NCBI GenBank assembly: GCA_038747425.1
Contig: JBCDJV010000006.1
Span: forward strand, 13,470-77,469
Source: Bacteroidota bacterium
GTDB lineage: Bacteria; Bacteroidota; Rhodothermia; Rhodothermales; JBCDJV01
Length of the DNA stretch: 64,000 nt
Direction: 5' to 3'
Positions 54,190-61,485 of this stretch are shown in pieces. The position numbers were made by a program, and so were the translations under genes. Within the stretch, counting starts at the first letter, position 1. The number at the start of each line of letters is the position of its first letter. The notes beneath the pieces were generated by a model. It worked only from the letters and a program-made list of their open reading frames with translations, was not told where the DNA came from and searched no databases.

Positions 54190-55035
54190 TCACAGCATCA
54201 GCCGATCCCGTAGCAGCTTGGAGCGATCCCGGCTCGCGATGACCTCATGGTCTCCCGCAAGCATCACCTTGAACCGGCCGCTGAACCAGGGTATCAGCTC
54301 TCGGATATGCTCCAGGCCAATCAAGGCCGAGCGGTGGACCCGCATGAAATCGCTGGGATCCAGGTTGCTCTCCAGCTGATCCAGGGTGTAGCTCACCACG
54401 TGCTTCCGGAGGCGAGGCGCGCCGGTGCGGGTCTCTTCGAGCACGAAGAGCCGCGTGATGCCCTCGTTGATTTCGGCGCTCACCAACTGACCGACGGGCA
54501 CCACCAGGATCCGGTCTGGGTAGGGGATGGAGAGCTGGCGTAGCGTCTCCGTGGGCAGCGCAACGGGACCCTGTGCCGCCGGTGGGGGGGCGGCCTGCGC
54601 CCGGGCCTCGACCCAGTCCAGCAGCGCCCCCAGCCGCTCGTCCACCGCCGTGCGATCGGCGGGGGCTCGAAGCAGGCGGTCGGCTTTGGAGAGGGCATCT
54701 TCCAGGCGCCCCCGCCCTATGGGCTTGAGCAGATAATCCACGGCACTGGCCTCGAAGGCGCGGACGGCATACGTGTCGTAGGCCGTGGTAAACACCACCA
54801 CCGGCCGACTCTCAGGCGAGAGACGCTCTAAGACCTCGAAGCCGTCCAGGCCGGGCATGCGGATATCCAGGAGCAGGACGTCTACCTCTTGATCGGCCAA
54901 CGCGTGCAGGGTGCTGGGGCCGTCGCCCGCCTCGCCCACCACCTGGACCGGGGTCCCGGGGTCGATGTCATCGAGCAGGCTGCGAAGCCGGTTTCGGGCG
55001 GGAGGCTCGTCGTCGGCGATGAAGACGCGAATCAT
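54190..55035 (-). CDS. LytR/AlgR-family response regulator (REC + LytTR)
   Basis: IRVFIADDEPPARNRL...VLLLDIRMPGLDGFE...DYLLKP. The C-terminal LytTR domain reads FMRVHRSALIGLEHIRELIPWFSGRFKVML. ATG at 55035. Confidence 0.9.
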   Translation of the reverse strand: MIRVFIADDEPPARNRLRSLLDDIDPGTPVQVVGEAGDGPSTLHALADQEVDVLLLDIRMPGLDGFEVLERLSPESRPVVVFTTAYDTYAVRAFEASAVDYLLKPIGRGRLEDALSKADRLLRAPADRTAVDERLGALLDWVEARAQAAPPPAAQGPVALPTETLRQLSIPYPDRILVVPVGQLVSAEINEGITRLFVLEETRTGAPRLRKHVVSYTLDQLESNLDPSDFMRVHRSALIGLEHIRELIPWFSGRFKVMLAGDHEVIASRDRSKLLRDRLML

Positions 55036-55063
55036 AACAAAGGAGGGTGGAGGAACGCGCAGG

Positions 55064-57727
55064 TTAGGGAGAGCCCAAGGAGGAGGGGACATCGCCGGGC
55101 CGCGGCGTGGGCACACGCGGGTGGGCGCTGTCTGGGCGGTGCGGGGGGCCGTCGCCGCTGGGGGCGCGGGGGGGAAGCCGGAGGGCGGCGGTGGTGCCTG
55201 AGTCGGGGGCGCTATGCAGGTGAAGCAGGTCGGGCTCGCCAAATAGGTGCTCCAGGCGAGAGGCCACGTTACGAAGGCCGATCCCGAAGAACGGGGCCAG
55301 CCCCACGTGCCCGTCAGGCCGATCAAACAAGGCTGGGATGCCGACGCCGGTGTCGTGGATGCGCACGCACACCGATCCATCCGGCTCGCGCGTGGCCTGG
55401 AGATGAAGCGTACCCGGCCCTGGCGCGGGTTCCAGGCCATGCTTGATGCTGTTCTCGACCAGCGTCTGAACCGAAAAGGCCGGGACGGGATGGGTGCGCA
55501 GCGATGGAGGCATGTCCAGCTGCACGGTGAGCCGGTCCCCGAAGCGCGCCTCTTCGATGTGGAGGTAGTGCCGCACCAGGTTCAGCTCTTCGTGGAGCGT
55601 GACGAAGGTGCGATCGCCGGTGTGGAGCGTGTGGCGGAAGATGGCCGCCAAGTCCTCCACCACCTCTTCAGCCTCCTCAGGCTGTTCGTGGATGAAGGCC
55701 AGCAGGGTGTTCAGAGCGTTGAAGAGAAAGTGCGGGTTGATCTGCGCCCGCAGCGCCACCAGGTTGGCCTCGGCCGTCTGGCGGACCAGCGCTTTTTCGC
55801 GCTCGACGAGCACAAGGCGCTCGATGGCCAGCGCGAGCTGGCTGCTGAGTGCCCGCAGCATGTCGAGGTCCGTCAGGTTGTAGACGCCAAAGCGGGTCCG
55901 CTTCGGCCCGAGGATCAGCAGGCCCATCGGGGAGCCCTCGCCCATGATGGGGACGGCCAACGCGGCCCCGTGCGCGGTGAGCAGGGCCGCCGGTGCCGGG
56001 GGCAACCGGCTGTCGTTGACCTCGGCGATACGGGACCAGATGCGCCCATCCTGCTGGATGTAGGGCCACACCTGACGCACGATGCGCTCGGTCAGGTACG
56101 GAGACTCCGGCTGGTAGCGGCTGGACACCCACCGGACGGGCTCGTCTTCGATTTGCACATACAGAACCCCGGAGCGCACGTCGAACGCTTGCCCCACCAC
56201 CTCCATGGTGCGCTGGATCAGCGTCTCGGGGTCGATGATGGTGCGCATCTGCTCCTGGAACTGGCGAAGCATACGCCGGGTGCGCGGCCCTTCGGTGCCA
56301 AAGAACTCCTGCGAGGTGGTTCGCAGCCGCCGCAGCACCCGCTCAAAAAGAAGCAAGACGACGGTGGCAAAGGCGCCGCCCACCACGTAGAGCGACGTCT
56401 CCAGCCGGTCTCGGTAGAAGTCGATGAGAGAAAGGCCCCCCACCACCAAGATGAACAGCAGCCCTGAGACCAAGGCGTACACCACGCCCCGGCTGATCAC
56501 CTGGTTGACCTTGCCGTAGCGGAGGGTGCTGAGCGAGACCAAGCTGATCGGGCCGATCGAGAGCAGCTGCGCGCTCACGATGAGCCAGCCGACCGTCTGG
56601 TCCGTCACCGCTTCAAGCAGCGGGACCACACCAGGCACCGTGAGCACGGCAAATAGGGCGATGAGCAGGGTCAGCCCGCTACCCGTGCGGCCCCAGCCGC
56701 CTACGAGATGCGCCGCTTCGTCGCTGCGGAACCGGTACAGGCCCAGCACCAACACGGAGGCGATGGCCACGTACCAACTCACGTAGAACAGCACCGGACC
56801 GATCAGCCGCGCCAGGGTGAACGGTCCCAAGGGCCCCGCCACGGTGGTGAACACCGCGAGGCCACAAAGGAGCAACGGCGGGGCATACACCAGCCCGATG
56901 ATCCAGGCCATCTGCGGCCCTCGTGGCAGGGACGTGTCGTGCACGATCTTATGAACCAGCAGAACAGGGAAGAGAATCCATCCCATGAGGCCCAGCAGCG
57001 TCAGCGCTTCGAAGAGCGGGGCAAAGGAGCTGCCTGGCATGATAGGCCCCAGCACCTGGATCAACAGGAGGCGGAACAGGGTGCCGAAGATCCACAGGGA
57101 GGACGCCGCAATGAGCAGGAGCGAGAAGCGCGCCCGGCGGCTGCGTAGGGCCAGGGGGGCCGCCAGAATCAAACCCAGCAGGTGGAGAAAGCCCCCGACG
57201 GTGAAGCTCCACAGAGAGAACTGCCACAGCGAGGGCGAGAGGGGATACAAAAACGTGGGATAAGGGCCGATGCGCACCTGTACGTCGAGCGGCTGGCCCG
57301 CCCGCGTGAGCGAGTAGGCGCGCTGTGATCCCGGTGGGATCCCTTCGATGGAGCGCTTGAGGTCCTGCGCCGTGAAGAACTGCGCCCCATCCAGCGTGAA
57401 GAAAAGGTCTCCGGCTTCGATCCCCGCGAGGTCGCCCGGGCCTCCGGGGAAGACGTAGGAGGCGGTGATGACGCCTTCCTCATCGGACCACACCACCCAG
57501 TCAAATCCAGGCGTGGCGGAGCTCGAGGGTGCATCCGGGACAAACGCCTGCATGTCCAGCCAGTCCAGCAGCAAGGTCCCTAGGGGCACCACAGCCACCA
57601 GGGGCGCAATCAGCAGGAGCGCACGGGCGATCAGGAAATAACGCTTCACAGAGAGGCGGTAGCGTGGTGACGTGACGTGGTGTCGTCCAGTGGGGGAGGC
57701 CCTGGGCGAACGAAAAGCGGGCCTCAT
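55064..57727 (-). CDS. Sensor histidine kinase, LytS/His_kinase (PF06580) type, with N-terminal PDZ-like domain, polytopic membrane region and GAF-like domain
   Basis: PDZ-like VFPGGPGDLAGIEAGDLFFTLDG. More than 8 hydrophobic spans. RAQINPHFLFNALNTL H-box. ENSIKHG...HDTGVGI...GIGLRNV ATPase motifs. Confidence 0.85.
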   Translation of the reverse strand: MRPAFRSPRASPTGRHHVTSPRYRLSVKRYFLIARALLLIAPLVAVVPLGTLLLDWLDMQAFVPDAPSSSATPGFDWVVWSDEEGVITASYVFPGGPGDLAGIEAGDLFFTLDGAQFFTAQDLKRSIEGIPPGSQRAYSLTRAGQPLDVQVRIGPYPTFLYPLSPSLWQFSLWSFTVGGFLHLLGLILAAPLALRSRRARFSLLLIAASSLWIFGTLFRLLLIQVLGPIMPGSSFAPLFEALTLLGLMGWILFPVLLVHKIVHDTSLPRGPQMAWIIGLVYAPPLLLCGLAVFTTVAGPLGPFTLARLIGPVLFYVSWYVAIASVLVLGLYRFRSDEAAHLVGGWGRTGSGLTLLIALFAVLTVPGVVPLLEAVTDQTVGWLIVSAQLLSIGPISLVSLSTLRYGKVNQVISRGVVYALVSGLLFILVVGGLSLIDFYRDRLETSLYVVGGAFATVVLLLFERVLRRLRTTSQEFFGTEGPRTRRMLRQFQEQMRTIIDPETLIQRTMEVVGQAFDVRSGVLYVQIEDEPVRWVSSRYQPESPYLTERIVRQVWPYIQQDGRIWSRIAEVNDSRLPPAPAALLTAHGAALAVPIMGEGSPMGLLILGPKRTRFGVYNLTDLDMLRALSSQLALAIERLVLVEREKALVRQTAEANLVALRAQINPHFLFNALNTLLAFIHEQPEEAEEVVEDLAAIFRHTLHTGDRTFVTLHEELNLVRHYLHIEEARFGDRLTVQLDMPPSLRTHPVPAFSVQTLVENSIKHGLEPAPGPGTLHLQATREPDGSVCVRIHDTGVGIPALFDRPDGHVGLAPFFGIGLRNVASRLEHLFGEPDLLHLHSAPDSGTTAALRLPPRAPSGDGPPHRPDSAHPRVPTPRPGDVPSSLGSP

Positions 57728-57831
57728 TGATTCCCCGGTCTGCACGGGGGCTTCTGGCGGTGGGTCTCCGGGGACCCTGGATCGGGGAGGGCACGTACTC
57801 TGCGGCCGCTTCCACCTGACCCCGCTCGCCC

Positions 57832-58635
57832 ATGCCCTTCATCGACACCCACATCCACCTGTACGCCAAGGCTTTTGAGGCGGACCGCGCGGCGGCCGTC
57901 GAGCGCGCCCGCGCGGCCGGTGTCGGGCCCATGGTGCTGCCGGCCATCGATGTGGCCTCCATCGAGCAGGCGCTGGCGCTGTGTGAGATGTACCCTGATC
58001 TCTACGCCATGGCGGCCCTCCATCCATCCGCCACGAAGGAGGCCACCGAGGCTGACTTCCAGGCCGTGGCCGAGGCCATGGCGGACCCACGGGTCGTTGC
58101 CGTCGGAGAAAGCGGCCTGGACTACTACTGGGACCGGAGCTTCGACGAGGCTCAGCATCGCGCGTTTCGGTGGCACATCCGGCTGGCGTTGGACACAAAC
58201 CGGCCCCTCATCCTCCACAGCCGCGACAAAAAGGGGCGGGAGGAGGTCTACGAGGATCTGGTGCGCCTCTTGGAGGAGGAACAGGCCCAGCACCCTCATG
58301 GTGAGCGGCTCCGAGGCATCTTCCATTGCTTCGGGGGGCCGGGTTGGCTGGCTGAGGCGGCTCAGCGTCTCGGGTTTCTGCTGGGCCTGGGCGGGACGCT
58401 CACGTTCAAGAACAGCGGCGTGGCTGAGCTCGTGGCCACGGTGCCCCTGGATCGCTTCGTCCTGGAAACCGACGCGCCCTACCTGGCCCCGGTGCCGTAT
58501 CGCGGCAAGCGCAACGAGCCGGCGTATGTCCCCCTGGTGGCCGCCCGGCTGGCCGAGGTGCACGGGGTCTCGGTGGAAGAAGTGGAACGCGTGACCTCGC
58601 AGAATGCCCGCGCTTTGTTCGACCTGCCGGCTTGA
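57832..58635 (+). CDS. tatD: TatD family metal-dependent hydrolase
   Basis: FIDTHIHL...GESGLDYYW...ILHSRD...GIFHCFGG...LLGLGGTLTFKN...ETDAPYLAP.PYRGKRNEPAYV. Confidence 0.9.
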   Translation: MPFIDTHIHLYAKAFEADRAAAVERARAAGVGPMVLPAIDVASIEQALALCEMYPDLYAMAALHPSATKEATEADFQAVAEAMADPRVVAVGESGLDYYWDRSFDEAQHRAFRWHIRLALDTNRPLILHSRDKKGREEVYEDLVRLLEEEQAQHPHGERLRGIFHCFGGPGWLAEAAQRLGFLLGLGGTLTFKNSGVAELVATVPLDRFVLETDAPYLAPVPYRGKRNEPAYVPLVAARLAEVHGVSVEEVERVTSQNARALFDLPA

Positions 58636-58871
58636 CCTCGACGACGAGCATCCAGGTGGCGGTCCAGCCGGTGTTTATTCGCCATAGAGCATGTGGAGAA
58701 ACCGGGTCTGAGCGTCAAGACGTGATCCGTAGCGCCGTCAGGGTTCGGCAGACAGGTCGACGGACCGTCGTGGATGTTTCTTCCTCATATTGCGTACCAT
58801 AGGAGAGCTCCTTCTTCTCCCGTGCGGGCCTCGGCCTGCTCGGCATCCTTTGTTTACGTCTGGCGTCTGGC

Positions 58872-59477
58872 ATGCCTGAAATCCCCGAGTACTACAAACA
58901 CCTCGCTAGCCAGAAAAAAGAGGCGCCCCCTCCGCGCCCAAGCCGCGAGCAGCCGGCGCGGCCGACGCCGACCGGCCCTGCACCCATGGGGGCTGCCTAT
59001 CGGGCTCAGACGTTTGATCTGCGCCTGGCGGAGGGCTGGGACGATCAGACGGTCTACACCCTGCTGGGGCCTGTAGAAGACGATGTACAGCACAACGTCA
59101 CGGTTGTCGTGGGGTCCGATATCAACGAAGAGATGACCCTGATCGAGTTCGCTCAGACGCACATTCAAACCGTGGAGCAGCAGCTCAAAGGGTGCCGGGT
59201 TCTTCTCAAAGAACGCGTGGCGTTGGCGAGCGGCCGCCCGGCGGTGCGCGCCATCTACGTCTGGTATCCCACGGAAGAGGTGCGCCTGTACCAGGAGCAG
59301 CTGTACATCCTCGACACGCCCCGCAGCTACATTCTCACGGCTTCGTTTTCAAAAAAGACACGCAAAACGCTGGGCCCAGCCGTCGAGCGCATGATGCTGA
59401 GCTTTGAGCCACACGATCCGGCCCGGCATCAACCTCCCCCTGCACGCTCGGATGGGGCCTACGCCTACCGTCGCTGA
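58872..59477 (+). CDS. Cytoplasmic DUF1795 (DcrB/Eag-like) domain protein with Pro-rich N-terminal extension
   Basis: No signal peptide. The core F.L.LAEGWDDQTVYTLLGP.....HNVTVVVGSDINEEMTLIEFAQTHIQTVEQQLKGCRVLLKERVALASGRPAVRAIYVWYP.EEVRLYQEQLYIL....SYILTASF follows the DUF1795 pattern (f.lP.gW.D.sv....p......l.i.r......tl.e....q...l...l.g.......................q.q......). Confidence 0.6.
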   Translation: MPEIPEYYKHLASQKKEAPPPRPSREQPARPTPTGPAPMGAAYRAQTFDLRLAEGWDDQTVYTLLGPVEDDVQHNVTVVVGSDINEEMTLIEFAQTHIQTVEQQLKGCRVLLKERVALASGRPAVRAIYVWYPTEEVRLYQEQLYILDTPRSYILTASFSKKTRKTLGPAVERMMLSFEPHDPARHQPPPARSDGAYAYRR

Positions 59478-59519
59478 GCAGGATGCCTTCTCCCTTTGCC
59501 ACCACGCTGTTGTAGTCAC

Positions 59520-61406
59520 ATGGACGCCCCCTCCAAACGCGGTCAGTTCACCATTACCTCCACCCCAGACGAGACTCGTGTCGTGCGGGAGGCCCCCGCC
59601 GAGGCCCGCGAAGAGGTGGCCTTGCCGCTGCGCCTGCTGTTCGTGAGCGACCTCCTCCCTCACCGATCGGCGCCCAACTGGGAGGAGGGCACCCACCGTG
59701 TGCGGGTGGACCCGTACCGGTACACGGATCTGATGCAGTCGTATGCCCCTCGGTTGGACATCACCGTGCCCAACCGGCTGAGTGAGACGCCCAGCCACCT
59801 GGAGCTGGAATTGACCGTGACCAGCCTCAAAGGACTGCGGCCGGATCGCCTCCTGAGCCAGATCCCTGAGCTGACCCGGCTCACGGCCATCCGAGGCCTT
59901 GTGGGGCAAGTCCAGGAGAAGCAGCTCGGGTTGGATCGATTCAAGGCCGAGTTGAAGGCCATCGGCGTCGAGGCTGCCTGGGCCGCTCAGCTGTACGATG
60001 CTCTCGCCCAGCCGCCCGCCGCCCCTCCACCATCCCGTAGCACCTCCTCGGCCGCGCCCTCCTCAGACGATGCAGCCTTGGACCGCTTGTTTTCGATGGT
60101 CGATGTAGAGGGGGACAGCGAGGACGAGGCGCCGCCGGCGCCAGAGGCAGAATCGGGGACGGGCGGTATGCTCATGGATGCCCTCATGGGCGCCGTCACC
60201 GGTTCGAGTGCACCGTCCGCGCGCGTCAAACAGGACGCCGCCACCCTGATGCTGGACGATCTGGACACCACGATCCAAGCGCAGCTTAACGAGGTGATGA
60301 GCCACCCGGCTGTCCGAGCGCTGGAACGTTCGTGGCGCAGCCTCAAGCTGCTCGTGGACCGGCTGGACATGCGGCGTGGGATCCAACTGGAGGTGCTGGC
60401 TGCCGCGAAAGACGACCTCAGCGAGGCGCTGTACCATCAGGTCCTGATGCCAGAGCACGCGGCCACGGACCCGTCGCATGTACCGCTGGCCGCCATCGTC
60501 CTCGACACGGACTTCTCCCATACCAACGCTGACCTCGAATTGCTAGCCGACCTGGCGGAGACCTGTGCGAGCTTGCAGGTGCCGTTGCTGGCGGGCGTGG
60601 AGGCCTCCTTCTTTGGTGTTGAGACGCCGACCGGCCTCAACAAGCTGCCGCTGCTGTGGCAGCATCTCCAAGGCTATGCCTATGCGGAGTGGAATGCGCT
60701 CCGGAAGAAGCCTGAGGCCTCCTACGTGTCCCTGTTTGTGCCTCCCCTCCTGCTCCGCGCGCCCTACGGACCGGACCACAGCGCCGGGCTGCCGTTCGAG
60801 GAAGACGGATACGTGTGGGGATCAGGAGCCTTGGCGGCGGCCATCATGATGGGGCAGAGCTTTGCCCAGACCGGATGGCCAACGCATCTGGGTAGCACGA
60901 AGCACCATCGCCTCCAAGACATGCCGACCTGGCCCAGCCAGCAGGGGGCCATCTCGGTGGCTGCGCTCATCAACGAAGACAAGCAGGTCGAGCTGGCGCA
61001 ATCTGGCTTCGGGGTGCTGAGCGGCCGACCGAACCAAGACGTGGTCTACCTGGCGCAAAGCCCCACCCTCGCCGACCTCGAAGCCGGGGCCGAGGCCGAG
61101 ATGACCACCGCGTCCCTGGCGGGCCAGCTGTTCGCCTCACGAATGGCTCAACTCTTGCTGCGCTACCAGCAAGCACTGCCCGCTGGTACCTCCACGGCCT
61201 CAGCCCAAGCCGATCTGCAACATCGGCTGGCTCACCTGTTCGGGGTTGGGGAGGAGCAAGAAGAGGTCTTCCGCGTGCAACCCGTACCCGAGCTGGCGAC
61301 GGCGGCCTACGAGGTCCTGGCGGTGGTGCTGCACCCCCCAGAGACCGTGGTGCCCCGGTCGGTCCGGCTCACGTTGGCCGTTCAGGTGACCAAGGCCAGC
61401 GGCTGA
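59520..61406 (+). CDS. T6SS contractile-sheath-like protein: single-polypeptide TssB(VipA)-TssC(VipB) fusion
   Basis: The N-terminal part resembles TssB: EEVALPLRLLFVSDL......VPNRL....LELELTVTSLKGLRPDRLLSQIPELTRLTAIRGL. This compares with VipA ELPLKLLAIGDY...VPNRL...L.F.SLKDF.P..V..QVPEL..LL.LR. A ~75-aa P/S/A/D/E-rich linker follows. The C-terminal part resembles TssC: LDDLDTTIQAQLNEVMSHPAVRALERSWRSLKLLV..., ...AEWNALRKKPEASYVSLFVPPLLLRAPYG, ...YVWGSGALAAAIMMGQSFAQTGW, ...LFASRMAQLLL. ATG at 59520. Confidence 0.75.
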   Translation: MDAPSKRGQFTITSTPDETRVVREAPAEAREEVALPLRLLFVSDLLPHRSAPNWEEGTHRVRVDPYRYTDLMQSYAPRLDITVPNRLSETPSHLELELTVTSLKGLRPDRLLSQIPELTRLTAIRGLVGQVQEKQLGLDRFKAELKAIGVEAAWAAQLYDALAQPPAAPPPSRSTSSAAPSSDDAALDRLFSMVDVEGDSEDEAPPAPEAESGTGGMLMDALMGAVTGSSAPSARVKQDAATLMLDDLDTTIQAQLNEVMSHPAVRALERSWRSLKLLVDRLDMRRGIQLEVLAAAKDDLSEALYHQVLMPEHAATDPSHVPLAAIVLDTDFSHTNADLELLADLAETCASLQVPLLAGVEASFFGVETPTGLNKLPLLWQHLQGYAYAEWNALRKKPEASYVSLFVPPLLLRAPYGPDHSAGLPFEEDGYVWGSGALAAAIMMGQSFAQTGWPTHLGSTKHHRLQDMPTWPSQQGAISVAALINEDKQVELAQSGFGVLSGRPNQDVVYLAQSPTLADLEAGAEAEMTTASLAGQLFASRMAQLLLRYQQALPAGTSTASAQADLQHRLAHLFGVGEEQEEVFRVQPVPELATAAYEVLAVVLHPPETVVPRSVRLTLAVQVTKASG

Positions 61407-61485
61407 CCTGTGTCTTTTCAGGGCACCGCCGGTGGCGGAGCGCCTCTGTTCCACCTGCATGTTGCCGCCCACGTCGACCTTGCCG

